Numbered from the stretch's first letter, positions 23,446 through 33,897 are shown. The stretch: DNA of 64,000 nucleotides from an uncultured Planctomycetaceae bacterium (GCA_963833985.1 CAWIAD010000002.1:1600001-1664000); one strand, 5' to 3'. Translations and numbers: made by a program. Notes: generated by a model not told the origin, from the letters alone.

Positions 23446-24138
23446 CTACACGGTCTTCCTGGCCGCCGCCAGGCGCGCAACGAACGCGGCGTGTTCCGGG
23501 GTGGCACAGCCGAGGTCAATCGCGGCGCGCAGCCGTTGCCGATCCCCGGTAAGAAGTGCTTGCGGGTCAAGCCACAGCCCGGGAAAGGCCGTCGAGCGAT
23601 AGAGCCCGTCAGCATCCGTCGGATGTGGTTTCAGCGCACCTTGTTCCTGTGCAAACCAGGCAATTTCGTCTGGATCCATGGCATGCACCACGTACTCGAA
23701 GACCCCGGCTTGCTGATATTCGTTCCGCTTCGGACCAAGGTCCAGATACCGCGTGGCCCTGGCAACCTCGACAATCAATTCCGGCGCGCCATGCACGTAC
23801 CCGCCCTCGTTCCAGGTCCGGCCTCCGCATTCCGGAATGATGCGGAGTAACACATCCGGTTGGGGCTCGCTCTTCCAGCCGAGGATCGTCGTGGTGTTGT
23901 CCATGACCTGAACCCCGGGAGTTCTTTCGGCATAGTAGTCGAGCCAAACGATCGACGAAACAACGGCCATGCCATGATCCATCCCCACAGGACTGGGCAC
24001 GTAAACGACTCCATCAATAAGCTCCGCCCGAGTACCAGGCGGCATCGCCTCGTAAAGCGCGTGAAAGCTCGGCTGGTCGAGCCGCTGCCCCTCGACCAGC
24101 GTTCGGGACGATTCAAGCGGCCTGGCGCCGGTGGACAT
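23446..24138 (-). CDS. Uma2 (DUF820) family endonuclease
   Basis: AELIDGVV, EPQPDV, GAPELIVEVA, KRNEYQQAGVFEY, STAFPGLWLD. Confidence 0.9.
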   Translation of the reverse strand: MSTGARPLESSRTLVEGQRLDQPSFHALYEAMPPGTRAELIDGVVYVPSPVGMDHGMAVVSSIVWLDYYAERTPGVQVMDNTTTILGWKSEPQPDVLLRIIPECGGRTWNEGGYVHGAPELIVEVARATRYLDLGPKRNEYQQAGVFEYVVHAMDPDEIAWFAQEQGALKPHPTDADGLYRSTAFPGLWLDPQALLTGDRQRLRAAIDLGCATPEHAAFVARLAAARKTV

Positions 24139-24411
24139 GACCTGGACGACTCCTCTGTGCATGGGCAACCGATCCACATCGAAACTATCCGTCCTGGGTC
24201 CTTCCTTCAAGCCTCGTCGGGGCGTCCTCGCGGCCACGGGGTTCGGGCTCCGCGGCAACCACCTTCGGAACTGTCTCCGGTCGTGCCCATGCATACAAGC
24301 GGGCGGGTTGGGATTGGCGCTTCGGGCCGTAGCGAATAGATTCGGCCCTTCCCGGCCGAGCTGGACGGTCGGCGGGGCTCCAGCTCCCACCTCATGGAGG
24401 AGCGACGCTTC

Positions 24412-26521
24412 ATGGGAAGAGGCAAGACCGCAAGATTCACCGCTATCGAGACGGCCGGGACGTCGCGCCTCGGTCAACTCGTGCCGGTCTGGGGCGCGCT
24501 CGTCGCCTGCGTGTGGACCACGTTCGCTCCTGTCCTGAGCAACGGGTTCATCGACTGGGACGACCCCAACTGGATCCTCCGGAACCTTTCGTTCCAGGGC
24601 CTGGGCTGGGAGCAGATCCGTTTCGCCTTCACGACGTTCAAAGGCGGCGTCTACCAGCCGCTCGGCTGGCTTTTTCAGAGCCTCACCTACGAGCTTTGCG
24701 GACTCGACCCGCGGGGCTACCACCTGGTGAGCCTGCTCTTCCACGTCGTCAACGTGATCCTCCTTCATCTCCTCTGTCTGAAGCTCCTCGAGACCGCAAT
24801 GCCCGAGGCGGCGAAGCGGCTCGGAGCTGCGCTCGGCTGGCTCTGCGGCGTTCCCGTGGTGCTTTACGCCGTCCATCCGCTGCGGGTCGAGCCGGTTGCC
24901 TGGGCCTCGTGCCAGGCGTACCTGCCTGGCGTGGCGTTCTCGCTGCTGGCGACCCTCGCCTACCTGCGCGCCCATCCCGCCGCGGAGCAGACCGCCGTCC
25001 CTGGATGATCGGCTCGTTCTTCCTTGTCGTGCTCGCCGTGCTCTCGAAGGGCTCGTCCGTCGTCCTGCCATTCGTGTTCCTCATCCTCGATGCCTATCCG
25101 TTGGGGCGGCTCGGCCCGGGCGTCCCTTCCTGGCCCTCGGTCCGGAAGGTGCTCGTCGAGAAAGGCGCCATCCTTCTCTTCTGCCTGACCTTCATGGCCG
25201 TGGCCTTCGCGGCCAAGCAGACCGGGACCGATCTCGAGGTGACCGCGCAGCCCGTGCCCGTCGCCAGGTTGGCCCAGGCCAGCTTCGGTGCCTGGTTCTA
25301 CCTTGCGAAGACCCTCTGGCCGTTCGGGATCACGGCCTTTTATCCCCGACCCGAGGGCGGCGATTTCCAGACGCCCCTTTTCGTTGCGTGCTTCGCCGGG
25401 CTCATCCTGGCCGCGGTGGTGCTGCTCTGGCAGCGGAGGAGACGGCCCTGGCTGCTGGCGGCCCTGGCCGCTTACCTGGTGATCGCTTCCCCCTATCTCG
25501 GCCTGGCGCGCGTGGGCAACGCCCTGGCGGCGGACCGGTACAGTTACGCCCCGACGCTGGTGTGGGTCGTCCTCGCCTGCGCTGGTCTGTGCCGGCTCGC
25601 CCAGCGCCGCTGGCCGCGACCGGTATGGATTGGAGCCGGGGCCGGGGCCGGCACGCTCGCGATCGCGTGCGGCCTCATGACGCTTGGCTCTGCCCAGTGC
25701 CGCGTCTGGGGCGACAGTGAGCGGCTCTGGGGCCAGGCGCTGCGCACGCCGGATGGAGCGCGGATGTGCACCATTTCATGGGCACGGCGCTCGCGGACGA
25801 AGGGAAGCTGGATCGTGCCATTGCCGAGTATCGCGAGGCCCTGCGCATCCGTCCCCACGACCATGAGACGACGTGCGACCTGGGTGCCGCGCTGCTCCAG
25901 AGAGGCGAGCACGATGCGGCCATCGCCTGCCTTCGCGAGGCCGACCGCATGGGACCGAAGGATCCCAGGGTCCTGCTCGGCCTGGGCCGGGCCCTGGTGC
26001 GCCGGGGAGATGCCGCCGAGGCCATCCCGCTCTATCGCGAGGCGCTGCGGTTCGAGCCGGATCATCCCAGCCTGCACTTCAACCTGGGCGTCGCCCTGCT
26101 CGATCAGAACAGGGTCGAAGAGGCGGCCACCGCGCTGCGCCGGGCCGTGGAGCTGCGGCCGTCGAATGCCGAGGCCCACGCGATGCTGGCTGGGGCACTG
26201 GTGCTCCAGGGCCGGCAGGCCGAGGCCGTCACGCAGTACCGGCAGGCCCTAGAATTGGAGCCGAACAACTCGGACTCGCGCATCAGCCTGGGACTGGCAC
26301 TGGCCCGGCAGGGACGTTTTGATGATGCGACCATCGAGCTGCGCGAAGCCATCCGGCGCGATCGGCAGAACGCCAAGGCCCACCACGTGCTCGCCGCGAT
26401 CCTCATGAGCCGTCGCCGAGTGGATGAAGCGACCGCCGAATTCGAGGAGGTCCTGCGGCTCCAGCCCGATCACCCCCAGGCGCGCATCTCCCTGGCGAAG
26501 CTGAGAAGCCGCCTCAGGTAA
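24412..26521 (+). CDS. TMTC-like GT-C membrane glycosyltransferase with C-terminal TPRs (frameshifts near 24985 and 25750)
   Basis: FIDWDDP, YQPL, YHLVSLLFH, VHPLRVEPVAW, LSK, ADRYSY, then TPR repeats across three consecutive ORFs. Confidence 0.8.
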
Positions 26522-26785
26522 GAACCTCCGCTCTGGACCCTCCTCCAGGCTGCACCGCGGGGCGACTCCACGGAGTCACCGCGACACCGGCCCGGTGTTC
26601 CGCCAGGGCCGTTTGCTCAGAATTCAAGGTCGGAGGGTAGCCTGGCCGGTCGACTTGCCGCGGCCGGGCCGTCTGGCGTCGAGCGCCGCTCCGAAGCCAC
26701 ACTTGATGGCTCACGAAACGAGTGCCCTGTCCAGATCGGGACGAAATCTGAACGGCGCGCCGAGCGGCTTACTCAAAAACGCCAA

Positions 26786-26899
26786 TCAGGTGCCCAGCAG
26801 GGGCTTCAGCTTTGCTCTGGCCTCGGTCAAAACTTCAGCAGGAGCGTTCCCGGCATACTCCGCGGAACGAACTCGCCAATCAGCGATCTCCGCGTGATT
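26786..26899 (-). pseudogene. mazF: C-terminal relic of a MazF/PemK toxin
   Basis: Manual translation NHAEIADWRVRSAEYAGNAPAEVLTEARAKLKPLLGT* resembles the MazF C-terminus; in-frame TGA just upstream and no N-terminus. Confidence 0.65.
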
Positions 26900-27183
26900 C
26901 CGGCGTGTCGTGCGAACGGCTGCTCATCGACCAGGAATCCCGGCGCGGTGGGTTCAGACATCAACCCGCCCAGACTGCATTCTGATCAAGCGTGCCGATG
27001 AAGGGGTCATCTGCCCAGACGCTGAAGAGGAGTCCAGGGGTGGCCCTCTTTGACTCAGTCCTTTCTTTTTTCCTGCTGCGGAAGCTGGGCCAGGGCCGGA
27101 GGCACACCCACGCACACAATCAGCCTCGCCCTGGCGCTGCCAGCCGGCTGTGATAAGCTGGGAACCAAAGGAGAAACCAGAGC

Positions 27184-27492
27184 ATGACGATCAATTTACC
27201 CGAGCATCTGGGGCAGCACGTGCACGACCAGGTCGTGGCAGGCCGTTTCCGTAGCGAGGACGACGTCATCATCGACGCCCTGGAGCGGCACAGGCAGGCC
27301 CAGCAGCCGGCCTCCCCGGCAAACTGCCGCGACGAGCCCAGCAGCCTGGAAATGCAGCGTCGCCTGTTCGAGGCCGGCATCATCAGCGAGATCAAGCCGG
27401 CGATCACCGACCTGACCCCGTATGGGAATCGCCCGGCCATCCCGGTCCGTGGGGAACCCCTCTCCGAGGCCGTCATCCGTGAGCGTCGCTAG
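27184..27492 (+). CDS. Ribbon-helix-helix (ParD/CopG-like) antitoxin
   Basis: MTINLPEHL...V.AGRFRSEDDVIIDAL; C-terminal GEPLSEAVIRERR typical of VapB-type antitoxins; AAGGAG RBS. Confidence 0.8.
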   Translation: MTINLPEHLGQHVHDQVVAGRFRSEDDVIIDALERHRQAQQPASPANCRDEPSSLEMQRRLFEAGIISEIKPAITDLTPYGNRPAIPVRGEPLSEAVIRERR

Positions 27493-27494
27493 CG

Positions 27495-27722
27495 GTGGCC
27501 GCCTACGTCTTCGGCAAAAGTGCGGTGCGGGGGAAGCCAGCCGAGGAGGTAGCGATCCAGGATCAGGAAATCAAGACGCTGAAGGGACTCGTGACGAGGC
27601 TCGCCTTGGCGAAGGAGCGCGCTCAAGACCCAAAGCGGGCGAGTGAGATCGAGAAAGCGTACAAGGCCACCAAGGCCGAGCTTGATGCGCACATCCAGGA
27701 GCGCGCGGCCTTCTCGCATTGA
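27495..27722 (+). pseudogene. Chimeric ORF: VapC/PIN-like first ~11 codons fused to an unrelated coiled coil
   Basis: Starts 2 bp after the antitoxin stop; MAAYVFGKSAV resembles PIN starts of the M.AYF.DSSA.VK type; the remainder is a charged coiled coil. Confidence 0.5.
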
Positions 27723-27954
27723 CGGACCCGTGGTACCCCCGGAGGCATGGTGCAGTGCGGGAGGTCCGGATGCGGCATCGCGGGCAGAATGACACCGATC
27801 ATGATGTCCCCGGCGATTCAGCCGCAGATGCAGACGCTTGTTTTGAAGGATCGCTTGTTCTACCGGGACTATGCCAGGTTCATGTTTTTTGTCCGGTTCA
27901 GGTTGCCCTCAAGAATCAAACTCCGAGGCAGGCAGTGGCCTGTCTGACGCTCCC

Positions 27955-27984
27955 TGGAAAAAAACCGCAACCGCTTCCTATAAT
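27955..27984 (+). promoter_or_regulatory. Putative sigma70 promoter of the Panacea operon
   Basis: TGGAAA-18 bp-TATAAT, about 80 bp upstream of the GTG start. Confidence 0.45.
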
Positions 27985-28064
27985 TAGCCTTCGGCTGAGG
28001 AGGAAAGAATTGCCTGTCGTAAGTCGAGGTGAGCCGGGAGGCGGGCCTCGGGAGGTGAGAAACC

Positions 28065-28508
28065 GTGGCTCCTTTCCCAAGACTCTGTAAGTCGCTTGAA
28101 TACCTTGTCGATCGATGGGGGCCTGTCGAGGGCCGTACCCGCATCATGAAGCTGATCTACCTCGCTGACCTGGAGTGGGCGAGGACGCACCGCAACACAC
28201 CGTACACCGAAGCGAGCTACTACCGCTGGAACCACGGGCCGTTCTCCCGCGAGGTGCTGCGTGCCCTTGAGTGGATGGACGGGATTGAACTCGTCACGTC
28301 GAACATCCCGTGGGTCGACGGCAACGCGTTCCGCTACAGTTCCGGGGAGAGCACCCGCCTGTCGGATGTAGAGATTGACCCCGAATTCGTGCATCTGCTC
28401 GACACGATCGGAAGCCGCTGGGGAAGCCGGCCGTTGCGGGAACTTCTGAAGCACGTCTACGGGGACGCAACGTTCACGAAAAAGGAGTTCGGTGAGCATC
28501 TGTTCTAA
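28065..28508 (+). CDS. panA: Panacea (DUF4065/SocA/GepA) domain antitoxin
   Basis: RTRIMKLIYLAD...YYRWNHGPFSREV signature; GGAGG RBS. Confidence 0.85.
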   Translation: MAPFPRLCKSLEYLVDRWGPVEGRTRIMKLIYLADLEWARTHRNTPYTEASYYRWNHGPFSREVLRALEWMDGIELVTSNIPWVDGNAFRYSSGESTRLSDVEIDPEFVHLLDTIGSRWGSRPLRELLKHVYGDATFTKKEFGEHLF

Positions 28509-28522
28509 AGTGCGGGGAAGAG

Positions 28523-29758
28523 ATGCTCCACATCGAGCACAGCGAGGACTACAAGAAACGGTGGCCGGTCGCTCAGAAGGCGGGCCTTATCCAGTCCCCG
28601 TCGTTGAAGGATAAGCCGCCAACCCCTTTGAAGATTCTGAACGCTGATGGTCTCCTTGATCTCTCGTTCATCTTCTTTACAGGCTGGCTCTTCACCGGCA
28701 TCCTGAACCGCACGAAGGACATCATCCGGATCTCCCTCGTCCCGTTCGGCCCGAACGACGAATCATCCATACTTGTGCTCTACAATCCGACGACCCACCT
28801 CGCCTCACCGTCCAGAGCGATCAGCGAGCTGTTTGATCCGGATTACTTTGTCTGCCCATTGGACCGCTCCGAGGGAAGGGATCTCTCGGGGACGCAAAAG
28901 CACCTCTGCCCTGTCGTCAACAAGCTCCGCTACAATCTGGCGCATGCCCGCCCGGATCGGAGCGTCGATGGTCTCAAGGAGCCTCACAAAACGCAGTATT
29001 GTTGCGAGTCGAGGAAGGTAAAGCTCTGGGAATACCTGCAAGGTGCAATCCTTGCCGACCCTGAGGTCTACGGGCCGATGGTCGGCGGTCGGTGCTACCC
29101 AATCCGGCTGCCGTTTTCGTTCCTCAGGAACTACCTGACGGGTATCGAGCCGAAGAACCTCGACCTCGGCAAGCTGCTCGAGGAGACACTCCTCTGGTAC
29201 GCGATGGACGCATCCGGCGTCGTCATGGGATTCGCCCACGCGCAGCCGATCGTGCCGATCGCTTTCAATGAGATTGACCTGATGCTCTACGAGCCGGGGA
29301 CCGACTTGCAAGGCGTTCTGATGCCGCCAACCGGACCGTGGGAAGCGTATCTGGGCAAGCACGCCGTCTGCCTCATGGAGCTCACCGTCGGGCACCAGCC
29401 GGAAGTCGCAAAGGGAGCTTCAGCTCAGCAGAAAGGAGAGACCGGCCCAGGTAAGGATGTGCCGAAAAACAAGCTGATGAACTTCTACGCGATGAAGTCA
29501 TTCGGCTTCCGCCTGACGCATGGTCACTACTTCACGGTGCTCGGCGAGTCGAGCCTGGCACCGCCCACTTTGCGGACGCTGGAAACCACCGAAGGATTCA
29601 CCTACCGTTGCTTATCGAACGAGTGCGGTGACGACATCGGGCGGCTCGTGCTCAACCATTCGGATGCTCCCGTTCCGTGGGAGAGAATCCGGAAATGGCA
29701 TGAACACCTTATCCGTATGGTCCTCGACGCTGCTAACATATTCCGGAGCAAAATCTAA
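28523..29758 (+). CDS. Uncharacterised 411-aa protein, putative nuclease toxin/defence effector
   Basis: 14 bp after panA; lower GC; GKLLEE...NEIDLMLY...LMELTVG (PD-(D/E)xK-like) and LRYNLAH (RxxxxH). Confidence 0.7.
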   Translation: MLHIEHSEDYKKRWPVAQKAGLIQSPSLKDKPPTPLKILNADGLLDLSFIFFTGWLFTGILNRTKDIIRISLVPFGPNDESSILVLYNPTTHLASPSRAISELFDPDYFVCPLDRSEGRDLSGTQKHLCPVVNKLRYNLAHARPDRSVDGLKEPHKTQYCCESRKVKLWEYLQGAILADPEVYGPMVGGRCYPIRLPFSFLRNYLTGIEPKNLDLGKLLEETLLWYAMDASGVVMGFAHAQPIVPIAFNEIDLMLYEPGTDLQGVLMPPTGPWEAYLGKHAVCLMELTVGHQPEVAKGASAQQKGETGPGKDVPKNKLMNFYAMKSFGFRLTHGHYFTVLGESSLAPPTLRTLETTEGFTYRCLSNECGDDIGRLVLNHSDAPVPWERIRKWHEHLIRMVLDAANIFRSKI

Positions 29759-29836
29759 AACCGGCTCGAGTTGAAACAGGCTCAGTGGGTTTACTGGATG
29801 ACGATGCGAACCTGATCGCGCCCAATCTACAGCGTA

Positions 29837-29987
29837 TTGGAGCGGTTTTCACTCGGATCGCAGACTGAGACCGGGGGGCAGGCATTCCTGCCTGCCGGAG
29901 CAGGCCGGTCCTGGCAGACAGAAATGTCTGCCCCCCCCCTCTCCAAAACTCAGAAACTGCCCGCAACGCGTCAGAAAACCGCTCTAA
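29837..29987 (+). mobile_element. 151-bp MITE/REPIN-like element, family 2, complete copy
   Basis: Terminal inverted repeats TTGGAGCGGTTTTC / GAAAACCGCTCTAA (13 of 14 match); internal REP doublet GGCAGGCATTCCTGCCTGCC ... GGCAGACAGAAATGTCTGCC. Confidence 0.8.
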
Positions 29988-30081
29988 ACTGTCGCCGCGA
30001 CCCAGCTTCCCAACCCCGCATGGGCCAGAAGAAGCTCAATTGCCGCCCTGTCCCCTCAAGCCCGTGCGCGGGTCCCTGACC

Positions 30082-32033
30082 ATGCCGAGAAGAACGCTGA
30101 GCGACAAACCTGAAACACTGCCGAATGGCATTTGTGGGGGCCTTGGACTCCGAGTCCGCGGGATGTGGTCCTGGGCCGGCGCCTGGGTGGCGTGCCTGCT
30201 CTGCATTCATACGCTCCTCATTGGCCTGAGCCTGCCGCGAAACTCGGTGACTGTCGACGAGGTGTACCACCTGCCGGCCGGCATGAGTTACTGGCAGTTC
30301 GGCGAGTTCTGGTGCTATCACCACAATCCCCCGTTTGTGAAGCTCGCGTTCTCGCTGCCTGCTGTCGTGGCGGGCGTGCCTACTGATTACCGAAAGTACA
30401 TTCCCGGAGGCGACTGGCGGGGCGGCGAGATGAGCCGGGACTTCATGACGCTGAACAAAGACCGTTACATGAGCCTGTACGTGATGTGCAGGCTTGTGGT
30501 TGTGGCCATCTCGGTGCTCGGCGGCTCCCTTGTGTTCCGGTGGTCAAGGGAGCTATTCGGTGCGTGCGGCGGGTTCATCAGCCTGTCCATGTGGGTGTTC
30601 TGCCCGGAGATCCTCGCCCACGGCGGGCTGACCACGATCGATACCGGCGCGACGGTCGTGGCGCTCGCCGCGAGCTACGCGTTCCGGGCCTATTTCAAGG
30701 AGCCCAGCCTGGAGCAGGCGATCCTCTGCGGCGTGTTGCTCGGCCTCGCGGAGGCGAACAAGTTCTCGCTCGCGGTGTTGCCGGCGGTGTGGGTGGTCCT
30801 CGCGCTCCTGGCGGCCTGCACGGGCCGGCTCACCGCGAGCGGCGTAGCGGTTCCCTGGCGCCGCGTGCTCGGCCACGCGGCGTTCGTGTGCCTCGTGTCA
30901 CTCTACGTCCTGAACAGCCTCTACCTGTTTGAGGGCACCGGACGCCGCCTGGGGTCGTTCACGTTCAAGAGCCGGTTGCTGATCGGGCGGGAGGCAAACG
31001 ACCCCGAGACGCCCCGGCGCAGGGAACTGCTTCCAGGATACGTTGCTTGGCCGGGTGCCCATGCCGCTTCCCGAGCAGTACCTTCTGGGGTTCGACGACC
31101 AGATTCATGACGTGGATAGTGGCCACTATTACAAGTACCTGCGCGGTGAGCTGCGGCGTGGCGCCGGGTGGTATCACTATTATCTCTACTACCTGGCGGT
31201 CAAGACGCCGGTCGGTATGCTCGGCCTCATGTTCCTCGCGGCCTTACTCGCGTTGTGGCGCCGCGCGTACCGCCGGGATCTCGTCGATGAGGCTTGCCTG
31301 ATCGTCCCGGCCCTCGCGCTCTTCGTGGGTCAGCTCGCAAACGGGACTGAACTTCGGGCGCTGCGCGCTGCCCGTCTACCCCTTCGTGTTCATCCTGACC
31401 GGGCGGCTGGGGCCGTTCCTCGCGGCCAGCCGGCGATTGTGGTCGGTGGTCGTGGCCGGAACCCTGGTCTGGTCGGCGGCCGGAGCGATTGCCGTCTACC
31501 CTTACTTCCTGACCTATTTCAACGAGGCCGCCGGCGGCCCCGAGCATGGGCTCGAGCACCTGGCCGACAGCAATATCGACTGGGGCCAGGGTCTGGTGGG
31601 GCTCAAGGACTGGCTCGACGAGCACGCACCCGGGCGGGCCGTGGAGCTCGCCTATTTCGGGTTCATGTATCCGGAGGTCCTGGGCATTCGCTACGAGCTG
31701 CCGCCCTTCAGCGCGAGCGCCAATCCCGGCCGCGACGATGATGTCATCGGTCCCATCCCCGGCCTCCACGCCATCAGCGCCAATTACCTGATCGGCGTCC
31801 CTTTCATGTCGTCGAACGGTCATGGCTTGCAGACGGGTATACCGCTGAAGGCATACGCGTACTACCGCCGGTTCCGGCCCATTGCGGTCGTGGCTCGTTC
31901 GATTTACATTTATGAGATTGACCTGGACGAGGCGAATCGCGTGCGGCGCGAGCTGGGGCTGGCCGAGCTGAAGGACGGCGAGGCTCTTTTGCAAGCCCCC
32001 GATCCCGATCCCGGTGCCGGGCCCGGCCGCTGA
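30082..32033 (+). CDS. ArnT/PMT-like (GT-C) membrane glycosyltransferase (frameshifts near 31025 and 31335-31370)
   Basis: TVDEVYHLPAG, HNPPFVK, AHGGLTTID, ANKFS, WYHYY..L.VKTP, YLTYFNE-like YFLTYFNEAAGG, DSNIDWGQ. Confidence 0.8.
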
Positions 32034-32054
32034 GCCTCGAATCGGAGGTGAGCC

Positions 32055-33050
32055 ATGAGAGCCGCGCGTTCTTCCCGCCGGGGGTGCCCCGCGCGAGCCT
32101 TCACGCTCATCGAGCTGCTGGTCGTGATCGCGATCATCGGCCTGCTGGTCGCCTTGCTGATCCCCGCGGTGCAGATGGCGCGCGAGGCGGCGCGAAGAGG
32201 GTCGTGCCTGAGCAACCTGCGGCAGATCGGCCTGGCCCTTGCGAGCTACGAAGGCGTGCACCGGGTTTACCCCTTCGGTGATGGCGGCGGCGCGCCGGCC
32301 GGTTTCTTGCCGCGCTGGTCGGCGCAGTCGCAACTGCTACCCTACCTGGAGCAGACCACCGTCTACAGCGCGCTCAACTTCAGCGGCCTGCCGTGGGCCC
32401 ATCACCCGCTCTACGGCGCGCCCAACGCCACGGGGCTGCTCACGCAGGTGACGGTCTTCCTCTGCCCGTCCGACGTCGGGTCCATTGCCGACCAGGATGG
32501 GACCTCATGCAACAACTACCGCGCCTGCGCCGGCACGCAACCGATCAACCTGATCAGCGACCCGGTGAAGAACACCGGCCAGAACGACGGTGCGTTCTGG
32601 TTCCAGAGCGCGATCAAGATCTCGTCCATCAGCGACGGCACCAGCACGACGGCCGTCTTCAGCGAGCGCTGCCTGGGCAACAGCATGCAGCCGGACCCGC
32701 TGAGCGACCTGTACGAGATCAGCCCGACGATGGCGAGCTGCGGGCAGGCCAGCCCGGTCACGACCCCGCGCTACGCGCACTCGCTGGAGTGGTCTGGCCA
32801 GCGCTGGTCCGACGGCAACTCGTTTTACACGCGCTATCATCATTTTCTGCCGCCCCAGCAGCAAAGCTGCACTACCGGCGTGACCGATACCGAGGGCAAC
32901 CTGGCCGAGGCCGCGACCAGCCGCCACCCCGGCGGCGTGAACGTGCTGACGGCCGACGGCTCGGTGCACTTCGTCAAGCAGTCGATCGCACCGGGGCCGT
33001 GGAAGGCGCTGGCGACGATTGCCGGCGGCGACCCCGCGAGCGTGGAGTAG
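32055..33050 (+). CDS. DUF1559 (SBP_bac_10) protein with prepilin-type N-terminal methylation motif
   Basis: [55 protein letters not shown]. Confidence 0.93.
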   Translation: MRAARSSRRGCPARAFTLIELLVVIAIIGLLVALLIPAVQMAREAARRGSCLSNLRQIGLALASYEGVHRVYPFGDGGGAPAGFLPRWSAQSQLLPYLEQTTVYSALNFSGLPWAHHPLYGAPNATGLLTQVTVFLCPSDVGSIADQDGTSCNNYRACAGTQPINLISDPVKNTGQNDGAFWFQSAIKISSISDGTSTTAVFSERCLGNSMQPDPLSDLYEISPTMASCGQASPVTTPRYAHSLEWSGQRWSDGNSFYTRYHHFLPPQQQSCTTGVTDTEGNLAEAATSRHPGGVNVLTADGSVHFVKQSIAPGPWKALATIAGGDPASVE

Positions 33051-33053
33051 CCG

Positions 33054-33897
33054 ATGTTCAAGCAGCGTCGTCGCGTCATCCGGCCGCTGGTCTTGCTTCG
33101 CTGCGCGATCGCGGCCGGGGTGCTTGCTGCGCTCCAGTCCCCAGAGCGCGCCCTCGCCGATGACGCCACGGTGACGGAGGTCGAGGAGAGCTTCGCCGCG
33201 AAGGATTTCGACCACGCCCGCTGGTCGCTGTCCAACACGTCCGTGGCGGTGACGAAGACCGATTTCTCGCGGGGCGTGATGCGCCTGATCATTCCGCCCG
33301 GCTCGGAGATGCGGCCCCTCATCGGCCTGAGCAGCCGGTTCGGCCTGGAAGGGGACTTCGACGTCAGCGTGGACTATTCGCTGCGGTCGTTTCCGCAACC
33401 GGAGAAGGAGTGGATCAACCTGTCGATCTTCGTGGCGGGTGCCGATGGCATGGCGGCGATCTCGCGGACGAACGTCCACGGTTCCGGGCACGGCTACAGC
33501 CGCTGGTTTCAGCCCCCCGCCGACAGCAAGCGTCCGGTGCAGGCCAACGGTGTGAAGACGGACGACAAGACGGGAACGCTGCGGCTTGCGCGGGTGGGCA
33601 AGGAGACTCCAGTATTACGCGGGTCCGCGCGGGCAGACGCCGCGCCAGATGGGGTCCGTCGAGTTCGGCGACCGGCGGGTCGATACGCTGGCGTTCCAGG
33701 TCTTGCCCCAGGCGCTCGAAGCGCCGATTGACGTGGAGTTCGACAACATCAAGGTCAAGGCCGACCGCGTCACGGGCCTGGTGTACGTGCCGCCGGCGGA
33801 CTACGGCTACACGCCCTGGTTCATCACCGCGGCCGTTCTGGCCGTCCTCATCCTGGCGCTCTGGTGGTGGAGCCGCTCCAGGCGGAAGAACGACTGA
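33054..33897 (+). CDS. Secreted lectin-like (DUF1583-like) protein with C-terminal membrane anchor (frameshift near 33605)
   Basis: Signal peptide; FGLEGDFDVSVDY, GTLRLARVG; C-terminal TM followed by WWWSRSRRK. Confidence 0.55.

Noticed and set aside
23446..24138. Uma2 nuclease as part of the defence island
   Set aside because: The family is highly expanded in planctomycetes, and the TMTC-like gene separates it from the island.
24139..25071. N-terminal extension making the Uma2 ORF 541 aa
   Set aside because: Antisense to the TMTC-like gene; the Uma2 domain starts near 24138.
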